Assembly (NCBI RefSeq): GCF_018977255.1
Contig: NW_024704742.1
Span: 10,790,001-10,854,000 of the forward strand
DNA length: 64,000 nt
Direction of reading: 5' to 3'
Origin: Callorhinchus milii
Lineage: Eukaryota
Below are positions 26,107 to 38,460 of this stretch, one piece after another. Position 1 is the first letter of the stretch; every line of letters starts with the position of its first letter. The position numbers and the translations under genes were made by a program. The notes below the pieces were generated by a model. The model was not told the origin of the DNA, made no database searches, and was given only the letters and a program-made list of their open reading frames with translations.

Positions 26107-26675
26107 CAACAAAAACAAACAACAACTTGCACTTATATAGCGCCCTCTCAGATTGCTTCACAGTGATGGAACCTGACTGAGCCATTGTGGGGAGGGAGAT
26201 GGTTGTAAGCACGGTCGAATAGGAAGGTTTTCAGGTGGGCCTTCAAAAAGGGGAGAGGGGGAGCAAGGTGGAGTGATTGAGGGAGAGTGTTCCAGAGTTT
26301 TGGGGCTGAAAGTGCAACCTCCGATGGTGGGACGGAGGGTGCAAGGGATGAGCAGGAGGCCAGTGTCAGTCGAGTGGAGGTGCTGGGTGGTGGATTGGTG
26401 AGTGAGGAGATTGGAGAGGTAGGGAGGTGCCAAAGAGTGAATAAATTTGAACATGAGTGTGAGGATCTTGAAATCAATCCATTCAGTAATGGGGAGCCAG
26501 TGGAGCCTAGCCATAAGTGTTGTGATGGGGGTACAGAGTTTGGTCCAGGTCAGTAAGAGGGAGGCAGAATTCTGAATGTGTTGGATCTTTTGAATGGTGG
26601 AGCTGGGAAGATCGGCAAGGAGTGCGTTTGAGTAATCCAAGCGGGAGGTGACAAATGCATGTATGAGGGGGAGGT
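26107..26675 (-). mobile_element. L2-clade LINE 3' fragment (older subfamily)
   Basis: IHAFVTSRLDYSNALL...LHWLPITEWIDFKIL within ORF 26158..27003. Confidence 0.9.
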
Positions 26676-26979
26676 GAATTTTGGAGGTGACAATACCTCC
26701 AACTATGCACCACACACCAGCATTGAATTGGAATGTCATCCCAGACAATGAATTCAAAGTCCCATCATGGTACCCTGGAAAAGAGACAGAGGGTTCTGGT
26801 GAAGAGGAAAACTTAGATTGAGAATTAATGACATTAAAGGCGCACACAGAAACCAGACCTCCATTTAACATCTCAAGGTAGTTGCTTGTTGGTGAGGATT
26901 GAAGAACAGGATCCAATAGACTACCAAGTATCCAATGCAACATAAAAGTGAATAAAAATAGGTGGAACACTGGAGAGAT

Positions 26980-27467
26980 ACAACAACAACAACAAGATTC
27001 CATTTATAAAGCGCCTTACACGTCAGGAGGACGTCCCAAGGCGCTGCACAGTTGGGTCATGACCCGAGCAGGGGGGAAATGGTCAGAGTGAGGGGAGGGG
27101 AGGGAGCGAGGAGGGGGGAAATGGTCAGGGTGAGGGGAGGGATGGGAGGGAGCGAGGAGGGGGAAGAGAGTCGAGAGGGGAGCTGAAGGCTCGGTCAAAG
27201 AGAAAGGTTTTGTGACCGGCCTTGAAGGAGGAGAGGGAGGAAGCGGCGAAGGCACTGGGGGATAGAGTTCCAGAGCCTCGGGGCTGAGAGGCTGAAGGCC
27301 CGACCACCAATGGTAGGTAGATTGGGGCGGGGGACGTGGAGCAGACCGGAGCCGGAGGAACGGAAGGTACGGGCAGGTAGGTAGGGGGATAGTAGGTTGG
27401 AGAGGTAGGAGGGAGCAAGGCTGTGAATGGCCTTATAGGTGAGAATGAGGATCTTGAAATCAATCCA
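26980..27467 (-). mobile_element. Young L2 3' fragment with an internal 3' UTR duplication
   Basis: Closely similar to 5243-5700; the GGGGGGAAATGGTCAG.GTGAGGGGAGGG block occurs twice. Confidence 0.92.
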
Positions 27468-29084
27468 AAATACAAACAAACACATCGATGGTGCATGTGT
27501 TGGGCTACTTGGTGAATGGGAATCTCAAATCCTAAAGGAAACGACATCTTGAAACCTCTCTTGCACCTTTCCATTTTCAGTTCACAGCAAATACATGTTC
27601 CCCTTTGAATTTGTAAATTTGGGTGCAGTGTTACGATCAATATTAAACTATTATATACATTATTACTATTATTCACATAACATTGGCTGTCAATCAAACT
27701 TCCAAGATGACCTTCCCCTCTTCTGTAGCTAACATTTCAAACACCCTCAGTAGGGCAAGGTTTTGCCAAGACACAAAGTGGTGATTATCACCTTGTTTGA
27801 CATGGTATATGGATATTCACGTTTTGCCCACAAAAACACAGTCAATTCACTTTACTGTATATTCTGGGAAGAGCTTTGAGATGTCTCGAAGATGTGATAA
27901 TGCACTATATCAAATCCAAGGATTATTATTATTAGTAGTAGTATATCCAGAACATCTAGTCAGTGTTGTTTTATCCATCATTTCTCTCTTCATCAAACCT
28001 TCTCCCGAACACACACACATACACACATACCAACACATGCAAATAATAGACTTAAAAACTCCGCTCCTCGATCTGTACACCACCTGCTGGGTAACCCATT
28101 TCAATTTATTTTTAGTCTCTCAGGAAAACAATTATTTTGCTTGTTGTAGGCACTGCACTGACACACTTCAAAACTCCAGCACTTTAAAATATTTAATTTC
28201 TTTCAAATTGCAAAATGCGCCCCTTTTTGAAAATCATTACCCTGTCAAGTGTGCCAGCCAGGCATGACCGCTCCCCTTTGCATGTTTTCGAGTGGTCTTG
28301 TTGGCACTTATTTTTGCACAATTCTAATGAATAGTGGAGCATAGTGTGCCATTTTTCTTTGCTTTTAACGTGTCTTTTTACAAAGTAGCTGTGTACAACA
28401 ACAACTTGTGACATTCTGTCAGGATAACTTTGTGTATGTACAGAATAAAACAAGATATTGTTGCAAAATACTTCTCGTATTCCCGTTGTGCTGACAATGA
28501 AAGTTAAGCTTATGATCCCGAACAGCAGAATCTCACCTTTTTTTCTGGAAGCCTGACAGCTTCTTAATTGTGTAGTTAAGGGTCAGGATTGGAGTAATTC
28601 CATAAAACCTTAGACATCTTCAGACTTTGGCTGTGAGGGATAAATCTGCCACAGATATTTTTTATTTCAATTACAATTTGCTAGTTAAAAGCTGCACCAG
28701 CATGATTAAAAACATACTCCTGACAATGCTTATATTCTTGAGTATTTGCTCAGTCCAGTAAATTGAAAATCCTTGCTGTACCTGCAATGTGGGACTCTCT
28801 TTGTTATATTGTTCCTTGATAATCAGCTGGTTTCAAATCACCAGCTCTGCACCACTATCAGTCACCTTGTACTCAAAGATTTTCCCCCAAATATATTAGC
28901 ACTCTTGGCCTTGCCCAAACAACCGTTTTTCTTGCCATGAGTTGGACAATGAGAGTTTTTAGTCTCTTGCAAGGGTTAATGGATATTGAACAGTATCATG
29001 AGACAGACTTGGATGAATTTGATGCATTTGATCTTATGCTTACTTTTTTGGGGTCAGTTGGGCAGCTGATACATGCGGACACCC

Positions 29085-29895
29085 AACACCAACAACAAAT
29101 TATATTTGTATAGAGCCTTCACGTCGAGAGGACATTGGATAGGGATGGATTTGCACCTGAGCCAGAGGTTGGAATTAGGAGGGGTGGAGGGCAATATGGT
29201 TAGGGGTAGGAGAGGAGTGTCTTGAGATGGGCTTTGAAGGAGGCAAGGAAGAGGGAGTAAACAAAGGGACTGTGGGATGGAGTTCCAAAGAGTGGGAGGC
29301 AGATAGGGTGAAGGCTTGGGCGGGCAAGTAGGGGTCATGGAGAAGGCTGAGCGGCCAGGTTGGTATGAAGTTAGCAAGTTGCAGAGGTAGGGGGGAGCAA
29401 GGCCATGGAGGGCCTTTAAGGCAAGGATGAGGAATTTGAACTCCATCCTCTGGGGGATGGGAGCTAGTGGAGCCAGGGCGAGGGTGAGTGTGATGGGGTC
29501 ACGGAATCTGGTGTGGGAAGCACTTGAGCTGCACAGTTCTGAATGATCTGCAGCTTGTGGAGGGAAGAGTCGGGAAGGTCGACAAGCAGGGAGTTAGTGT
29601 AGTCAAGCTTGGATGTGATGAATGCATAGATTAGGGTCTCTGCAACCTGAGGAGAGAGGCAGTGGCAGAGCCAGTTGATGTTGCGATGATCGGGGAAGGC
29701 AGAACGGATCTTGGTAAAGATGTGGGGCATAAAGCACAGATAAGGGTCAAACAAGATCCCAAGGTTCCGTACTGGCTCAGTGAGGTGTGGAGTGCATCCA
29801 TGGATGGTGATACTGTCAGCACCTGAGATGTTGACGAGAACCAAGTAGGAAGGCCTCCGTCTTGGTTGGAGAGTGTTGTATTGTTGAGAGATGTT
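29085..29895 (-). mobile_element. L2-clade LINE 3' fragment
   Basis: EPVRNLGILFDP, AFITSKLDYTNSLL and EFKFLILALKALHGLAPPYL. Confidence 0.9.
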
Positions 29896-31444
29896 GCCAT
29901 TCAGATAAAATATTAACATGAGGTCCTTTCTATCTTTTGAGTTGAAAATTATTATTGTGCTATATCAAATGCAAGCATTATTATTATTATTAATATTATT
30001 ATTATTATCTCTTTCCAAGACTAGCTGGTTAATCATTGCTCAGATCCCACATCACTGGGGATCATCCCCGTTGCTCTCCTCTGGACTGTGTCTAGTGGTT
30101 TGGGAGCCTCCTTTACCTCACGTCAACTGGAAATGTATGCAGTACTTTACGTGCAGCCTATCCAGAGCAAAATATCAATTGAATTTGACTTCTGAGGATC
30201 TGAACTCATCTGATTTGGCAATATAGCCCAACATCCCTTTTGCCTTATTTATTTTATGTCTCATACTATTTTGACATAGTGAGTGACAACACTCCAGATC
30301 TCTTTCAGCTTCCCCCTTGGCAAGTTTTATCCCATTCATGCAGTCCAACAAAATGGAAGCTGCTACTTAAGCAGAAACGTATGCACAGTATTAAAAACTC
30401 TGTTTAGGATACCAAAATAAGATGAAAACGAAGGGACCAAAATCTCTGATTAAACCTTGGATTAAAGAGTAATAACATTCCACTGGCTTTTTCTATTATG
30501 TTCTCAACAAATTGTTGATTCCAATTTAATTCTATCCCAAGGGTCTGTGTAAAGCTCATCTTGATGTCATTTGATAGCTGAATGTTATTTTGCATGACGC
30601 ATTTCCAGACTTAATCCTTTGCTAAATACATTTGAACAGGCTGCATTGATTACGTGGGGGTCTACAGGAACAACATTTCTACTGTTAATAGTAATTGTCC
30701 ATTGTCCATAAGTTTCCTTCAACTAAGAGGTCACCACCACCAGCAACGATTGGGTGTTTTGAGTCTTAACTCTACAAGTGTCTAACTTGCTTACATGAGT
30801 GCCGGAAATTTACAGGATTCAAAGATGAAAGTTATAGTGCAGTGATATCATCCCAACCTGTTCCTGTAGCCAGCAAACTTTACTTCGACATTGGTGTCAG
30901 TTGCTAATTGCCTTTGAGTGTGAAATACACACCTGTTTGTGTATTTTTACTTTACAGGTTGATGAATAAATTTAATAACAATAAGAACTTGCATTTATAT
31001 AGTGCTCTTTGCAGAGAACGGAGTCTTGGAACGCTTAATGACTGGATGCATGGCATCTTTTGAAATAAATTAGGTATTAGCTCTTAAGAAGGAATTAGAC
31101 ACATACCTGAGAAAAGTAAAAGAAAAAAGGAAAAGATTGTAAGGGAATGAGAATGAGATTAACTGGCTTGTGTTATTTTGCCTCACCACATTGGGTGGCA
31201 TGGCTGTGTTTTGTGCTGTATATTTCTATGATACGAGAAGAAGAAACACATTGATGATCCAAGAAGCTTCAAAAGCTTCAACTCAACTTTCATTAGGCTC
31301 ATGTTCTGTCTCCACAAATTGTTTCTCTTTCCCCAAACCTATGCTCGAATCATTTGGTAAAGGTATGAATTAACTAATTAAAATACATTTCTTGGGATAG
31401 AATGGAAACAGAGTGGATATAACAGCATTATTATATCTGCAATT

Positions 31445-31592
31445 TGCAAGCGAGAGGAGCTGGGTTTGATTCTCGGGCAGGGCAAAACGTTGGGCAAGTT
31501 TCCTTACTCCACATATTTCTGCTTACCTAGCAGTAAATAGGAACCTGGTTGTTAGTTGATTGGCAGATCACTTTTCCGGGGGTAATAATTCC
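31445..31592 (+). mobile_element. Young Deu-SINE 5' half (long variant)
   Basis: TTGCAAGCGAGAG...TTGGGCAAGTTTCCTTACTCCAC plus the central insert. Confidence 0.8.
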
Positions 31593-32924
31593 TTCATGCA
31601 GGGTAGCATCCCTGAGCACTTCACAGTGGCAGAGTCTGACACTACAATAGTGCTACTATATGGTGTAGGTACTGTGTTTTATCTCAGCGAATCTGGCAGT
31701 CAATATGCACACAATGATGTCCTTCAAATCATCATAATTGAATGATCAATTCAGAGGTTAGCCTGCTTGTTGTCTACTCTTGTGGCACATTCTCAGGAAA
31801 TGATGCCTTTTGTGTCCAGAATGTCTTCACTTACTTTACAAGTAGATGGGAGTAGAGTTCATCCAGAGACCTCAGGAAAATACTGAAACACAGTTTTATA
31901 AGCTTGTCTGTTTCTGATATGACTGGGGGACACACTGAGGAGAAATGTTTCCCCCTCTCCTAATGTTTCTTCTTCAACTGAAACATGCATCAAATAGCTA
32001 AGACTATTAGAAAATATATCTGCTATATAATTATTATGTTCCTGTCTTAGTAAAATATCTATTGCATTAATATCAAGAAATAGATGATGAGAAGTAAAAT
32101 GTTGTATTGCACATTTATAATACTTAAGGAATAAGAATTCGGCAGTGCAATTGCCATTTATATACATAAATATCTTAATACGGTTTTAGGAATGTTTAAT
32201 CCTATAATGCAAAATTAATACCTTTATATTCTAGTCATACAATGACTGACTGATATTCAGAAAACAAATCGAAAAACACCATCACATTTCTGTCTGACCC
32301 ACTTCTCTTATGACGAACAAGGCTACTTGTTCTCCACAGTACTTCCTAATAAAAACAACTACTGCTTTCTAATAAACTACTCAATATGTCCCCAAAGTGC
32401 TTCCTGCTTCATCCTTTAATTTAAGATGTATACCACATGATTGTGATGCATCACATTCAAAGAGCTCCAAGACACTATCCTAAGTGAAGGGTGCTATTTC
32501 AATAATAATATAAATAATAATAATCCATTTGATGTAGCTACTCATCATGACTTTGAATCATCTCAAAGCCTAATCTAGAATAACACTTTGAACAGACATA
32601 CTGTAAAATATATTGCTCGTAATTTGTTGTTGTTGATTAAAATTACACTTTTTCTATTTTTAAAAAAGTCTGAATCGTTTAATTCACAATATCTCAGAAG
32701 ACGTTTGGGTCAGGCAATCTTTCAGTCCATTCATTCTAATCCTTCTAAAATATCAACCTGAGAGTCTTCCCATTGCAGCATAAAACTGTTTCTTAAATGA
32801 GCTTAGCATCCTGACACAGCCACCTTTCATTGTAAACCTTGTCCAACTGTTGATTATCCTCTTACCTTTCACAACTTTGTGAATGTTATACCCTTTATTT
32901 AGAAACAGAAACCTTTATTAATAA

Positions 32925-33245
32925 TACTAATAATCCTTGCATTTGGTATAGTACTTGATCACATCTTCGAAACATCTCAAAGCACTTCACGGAATATAAT
33001 GTAAAGTGAATTGACTGTGTATTTTGTTGGCGAAACTCAGCAGCCAATTGCTCACAGCAGTGTCCGACAAACAGTCATGACCAATTTTTTTTAAGGAATT
33101 ATTACCCCTGGAAAGGTGATCCACCAATCGAGTAACAACTGTGTTCCTAATTACTGCGAGGTAAACAGAGGCATGCAGAGTAAGGAAACTTGCCCAATGT
33201 TTTGTCCTGCCTGGAATCGAACTCAGGTCTCCCGCTTGCGAGCTA
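32925..33245 (-). mobile_element. Young Deu-SINE, long variant
   Basis: Tail, Deu core, central insert and B box GGAATCGAACTC (reverse complement). Confidence 0.85.
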
Positions 33246-34224
33246 CAGGTCTTAGAGCTACAGGTCTTTACCATTCCGGGCATTCGGCTTATATAGCACA
33301 GCAACCTGTTTTTCTAAATGAACTTTTTATAGTAATCCCCATTTTCTTTTGCTCTCTCCATGACTTGTCCTGCTGCTATGGAGCTTCAGAAAGTAGTATG
33401 CCATCTTTAAAGTTGCCTTTTCTGGTAACCTGTAATTTGAATCAATACAATCAAAGTGATACGCAGAACATAATTAAAATGAAAGCAAACAGTATTTTTG
33501 AAATTTATAGTTCCAATCTCATGAAAAATATTAAACAGATTTTATTACAACTATTTCCAGAAATATTAAACAGGCTCAAAAATTTGCGTTTCGAATATCT
33601 AACAAATATTAAATTTATGCTCTTTCATTTCCGTTATCAGGATACTAAAGAGTTATAACTATTATTATCTAATATATAATTAACATTATATATGTACCCA
33701 ATTTAATAATAGTTATAGATTTTATTGAATCAATTTGACCTCACTAAATCAAAAGCCTTGTGGTACACATGTAAATAATACAACATCTTATCAACACAAT
33801 GCAGTTAAAGTTTTATTAATATAAAATGAAACACAAACCATTAAAACCATATTGAAATATGGTTAATAAAAATAGTACGTTTGAGGAAATTAAAATCGCT
33901 TTATACAAAGGCACATAAGAAATGGGAAATTTGCAGTGTTCCATAGATAGAAGTCAGTGTTACACATGTAATACATTCCTGGTTGATATCACTGAAAGTA
34001 GAAGGAAGGCAGAGAGAGACTGAGGAAGAGAGACAAAAGTTTTTGCTACAGTTTCACAAGAACAGCTGCCATCCTCAAGTCAACTTAATCCAAAATAAAA
34101 ATGAAAATGTAACTTTTTAACGTTTACCTCCTGGAGTAAATCATAAGTATGCATCACATTTGTCAAACTGTTCAGAAATTTCTGAAGCGAAGTGCTTCAT
34201 ATGTAGAGTGAACTGATGTGTTTA

Positions 34225-34591
34225 TAATAATAATAATCTTAGCATTTGATATAGCGCCTTGTCACGTTGTTGAGACGTCCCAAAGCACTTCACAGAATAT
34301 ACTGTAAAGGGAATTTACTGTATATTTTTGTGGTCAAAACGCGGCAGCCAATTGTGCACAGCAGTGTCCCACAAACAGTCGTGGATTGAAGAGACCAATT
34401 TATTATCATTTTTTTGAAGGAATTAAAAAGCAATCTGCCAATCTACTAACAACCGGGTTCCTACTTACTGCTAGGTAAACAGTGGCGTATTTAGTAAGGA
34501 AACTTCCCCAACATTTTGCCCTGCCAGGGAATCAAAACCAGGTCTCTTGTTTGCGAGGCGAGTGCTCTAACCATTAAGTTACAGGACTCCA
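34225..34591 (-). mobile_element. Young Deu-SINE, long variant, full length
   Basis: Runs from the (TAA)n tail to CAGGACTCCAC. Confidence 0.9.
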
Positions 34592-34638
34592 CAATTTGAG
34601 TGACTTTTGAACTTTCCAGCAAACACATGTGAATACCT

Positions 34639-35501
34639 TCTACACTAATAAAGACAAAATGATTGTGTGTGTGTGTGTGTGTGTGTGTCCACCAAGAACA
34701 CAATAACCGATTGACGTAGAGACATGATTTATCAGCAATGAGACATTGGAAAAGGCCTTGCATGGGGGAGTGTCATGGTCATATTTTTTTCAGGGATCTC
34801 CTATTGTTGATGAGCCATATTAAAAAATACTTTAATTAAGCTCCAAAAAAGATATGCATTGTATTCTGCACTAAAGTACCAACAGAGGTCACACACGTTT
34901 CTGGAGAAAAACATCAACTATATGAATAAAGACAAAATGTCTGTCTGTGTGTCTAACTAACATAATTTATACTTCAGCAGAAAGGTCTTGCATGGAGGAA
35001 TGTCATAGGTATATTTTTTTCGGAGATCTCCTATTGTGACCTAAACAAGCTCATCACACATGTATGGACTCCAACAAGGAATCCTCCCAACACGAGTCCT
35101 CCTACAGGAGTCCTCCCAACAAAGAGTCCTCCCAATAATGAGTCCTCCCAACAAGGAGTCCTCGCACAGGAGTCCTCCCACTGGAGTCCTCCCAACAAGG
35201 AGTCCTCCCAACAAGGAGTCCTCCCACTGAGTCCTCCCACCAGGAGTCCTCCCACTGAGTTTTCCCACTGAGTCCTCCCAACAGGAGTCTTCCCACAGGA
35301 GTCCACCCAGAAGGATATGTGTGCAAATATGTGAACAAGGGATGCTAACGGTTCAATGGCACATTTTCTGAATCTTATGGGCTAAAGATGCCTAAGAAGT
35401 GAAAATCAAGCCTTTCAAGGACAAATAAAAATGCTAGACAAAAGAGAGAAGGTCAATTAAATGAAACTGGTTGCAAGGGTAGCTCCAACAAATACAACTA
35501 G
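34639..35501 (+). mobile_element. Putative non-autonomous Helitron-like element
   Basis: 5' TCTACACTAATAAAG followed by a (GT)n microsatellite and GTGTCATGGTCATATTTTT; this module recurs at about 34918-35037; candidate 3' CTAG|T at 35498-35502. Confidence 0.45.
35066..35308. repeat. Minisatellite with GAGTCCTCCCA core, unit about 13-17 bp, about 15 copies
   Basis: Directly visible tandem array. Confidence 0.95.
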
Positions 35502-35504
35502 TTA

Positions 35505-35910
35505 ATAATAATCCATACACTTTGTAGAGCACTGATGGTGTCTCAGAATACAAAGTGTAATGACCGTGTTATATGAGTGAATGCAGCATCCTACTAGCAC
35601 ACAGCAATATCCCACAAACAGCTATGAAGTCAATGACCAATTTTATTTGGGGGATTATTGACCATGACATCAGGAGAAATTCCCTTCTCTTTTGAAGTAA
35701 TACCTTGGGATTTTTAACGTCCCCCTGAAAAAGACTGATGCATCCTTGGGTTTAACTCCTCATCTGAAAGATGATACCTCCAACACTGCAACACACACAC
35801 TCTTCACGATATTGGGGTGTCAGCCTAGACCATGAGTTCAAAGAGCTGATGTGTGGATTGAACCCAGAACATCTGACCCAAAGATAAGAGAGCTACCAAC
35901 TAAGCCAGAT
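35505..35910 (-). mobile_element. Older Deu-SINE (SacSINE1-like), near full length
   Basis: GCACACAGCAATATCCCACAAACAGC through the head GCTACCAACTAAGCCAG. Confidence 0.75.
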
Positions 35911-36269
35911 TAGACTTGTATTTGATCCGAAAACCAATTCTCTCAGCCATTCAAATAGCAAAACAACCTCTGGAGCCCTCGAGGACATCACCAAAGTGTT
36001 GTGTCAGCCAACTTTGTGACCATAGGGCCATCACATCCCGTCCTTACCTCTGATTTCTAATCCACACCTTTTAGTGGTTTGTTTCCATTCCTTGACTGAA
36101 GACATTGAGCGCCTAGCACTGTTACCCTCACTGAGAATGAGGGTAATTGTGAGCAAAGATAGAGGGTTAGGGACTGGAGGTGATAGTGCTGGAAGAGATA
36201 GTAACCAGAGATGATGCAGTGATGAAAGTGAAGAAAATGGTGGGAATGCACTGTCTGAAAGGGTGGTGG

Positions 36270-36450
36270 AAGCATATTCATTATTAACTTACAAAAGGAA
36301 ATTGTATATTTACTTGAAAAGAAAAAAAATTGCAAGGCTACGGGGAAAGAGTGGGGGAGTGGGAGTAATTGGATAGCTTTCTCAAAGAGCAGGCACAGGT
36401 ACAGTTGGACAAATGGCCTCCTTCTGTGCTGTAGGATTCTATGATCCTAT
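36270..36450 (+). mobile_element. CR1 3' UTR fragment
   Basis: AAATGGCCTCCTTCTGTGCTGTAGGATTCTATGATCCTA CR1-type terminus. Confidence 0.75.
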
Positions 36451-36683
36451 TGGGTTTGGCTGTTCATCTGTTGGTGAGCATTTGGTCATGATATGAATAT
36501 GTGTTGCAACTTATATTCCAAAGACATGCTTCATAGAAACACAGAAGGTACAACAACAACTAGCATTTATATAGCACCCTTCATGTGGGGTAGCATCCTG
36601 GAGGGCTTGACAGTGGCAGAGTTTGACCCCGAGCCAGTGGGAGTGAGAGGAGGGAGGTGGCCTTAAGCACGATCAAAAAGGTC

Positions 36684-36882
36684 ACCTAATAATAATCGCT
36701 CCAAAAACCCCAAACAATAATAAATTGGTCATTTTCAATCTACGACTGTTTGTGGGACATTGCTGTGCCCGATTGGTTGCCGCGTTCGCCCACAAATATA
36801 CAGTCAATTCACTTTACAGTGTGTTCTGTGAAGCGCTTTGGGACGTCCTCCCGACGTGAAAAGTGCTATATCAAATGCAAGG

Positions 36883-36930
<48 letters not shown>
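36684..36930 (+). mobile_element. 5'-truncated young Deu-SINE with expanded (ATT)n tail, abutting an L2 tail (36550-36683, minus strand)
   Basis: Deu core plus about 16 ATT units at 36883-36930. Confidence 0.9.
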
Positions 36931-36931
<1 letters not shown>

Positions 36932-38171
36932 GTCTAGCTGTATTCCACAGCCTGGCTGCTCAAGTCTCACAGGTACAATCAGACCCCATCTCATTACTAG
37001 CTTTGAATAAACCTTTGGATACGGTCGAGAAAGAAAGAAAATGAGCATCTGAAAAATTGAAAAGGTGGAGAAACCACCCACATTGAGTTGTTTTTTATAT
37101 TTAGAATGCAATGTAAGCTGTCAATCACAATCAAACTCTACCATGATGGCTCACAAGATGGCTTCCTTCACTTGAACCAATTTCCTTCCAGTCTGAAGAG
37201 CTTCAAACCTTCAGTTTGCCAGAGGGACAGTAAATGTTCAATCACTGCAGTAATTTGGCTTTTATCTGGGAAACCAGCCTGACGGACAATTCCTTCTCTG
37301 GCATTCTTACACAGACAGCTGAGTTAATGAGTACCATTTTCCAGAGGTCAAAGGCAGTAATTGACATCTATTTCCATGTTTCAGATGAAACCTCAATCCA
37401 TGAGGTGGGAGAGCTTTGTCTGTTGTTCTAATGTTGAAATTGTAGTGGAAAGAGATACCAAACCTTGGGGCATAGTCTGCTTAATGCCAGCCATGACATC
37501 CTCTTCACCTTCTGAATATTCAAGGCAATGACATCCACCCTATCACTATCGAATAAAAAAAATCACTCTGGAGCTACAGAAATGTTAATATCTGCTCTCT
37601 GTCATTTGAAAAAGTCATGCATTCAACTCCTTTTCCGAATTAGTCATGCTTTGGCAGGGTAGACATTCCATCTCGTTTTGGCATCCCCTGTGAAACCCAC
37701 CCATTGGAGAAAAGGGGAAGTTTCCCTGCAAACAGACTTTCACTGGATGCCAACTTCTCTGTGAGCTGGTCTGGATTTGATGGGTCAAATGATCTCCTTC
37801 TGTGCTGTAGATTTCTTTGTTTCTAAATGTTCCACCTGAATCACCCCATTGCAATTATTTGAGTTGAGTTTGCCATGTTATCAATGGACCAGTGGACAAT
37901 TTGATCGAGACCTATTTAAAAAGTACTTTGAAAACAGACATAGAACTTTAAAAATCTATAACTTGGTAGAGTCCATTTGATCCAGTGTTGGTCTTCGCTC
38001 CACCCAAATCAAGCTATCCATCCTAGATCTCAATCCTCTGCTCTTTCCTTGTATCCTCCAATACACTTCTTCCATAAATACTTGGTAGTACACTTCCCTA
38101 TCAAGCCCCATATCGGGACTTGGAACTCATATAATCTGAGATGACACTCCAACAAGGCTTGTTCAATGGCA

Positions 38172-38460
38172 ATCACTGGGGTCAAAGATTTTTGACTCAG
38201 CTCCCATTAACCTAGCTGAACAAGCAGGGGGAAAGCTTGCCAGACAGTGCTCTCAATGGCAAGCTATGCAGTTTTTGCTGATTGCAATCCAATAGTACAC
38301 CAACACACATTCTAGGGTCCCCCAGCCTTGGCTCTTGCCAGTCTGTGCCTATGACTCTACAGAATTAGGTAAGGAGGATGCATCCCTCCAGGGAGAAAGT
38401 GCATATTCCATTAGAGTAAATATCTTGGGAAATTCCATATATAGATGCGATGCTCCTACA
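38172..38460 (+). repeat. Unclassified interspersed repeat, copy E
   Basis: CAATGGCAAGCTATGCAG, CCTTGGCTCTTGCCA and GGATGCATCCCTCCAGGGAGA. Confidence 0.8.

Noticed and set aside
26158..27003. 281-aa ORF
   Set aside because: L2 ORF2 remnant fused to unrelated flank and the (TTG)n tail of the neighbouring L2
33116..33658. 180-aa plus ORF
   Set aside because: It begins antisense in a SINE and continues through low-complexity AT-rich DNA; no domain recognised
35031..35338. CRISPR-like array or repetitive protein (WEDS/GRTP/LLGG ORFs)
   Set aside because: 11-bp cores with 2-6 nt non-unique linkers, vertebrate context and no cas genes; the ORFs simply reflect a stop-free minisatellite
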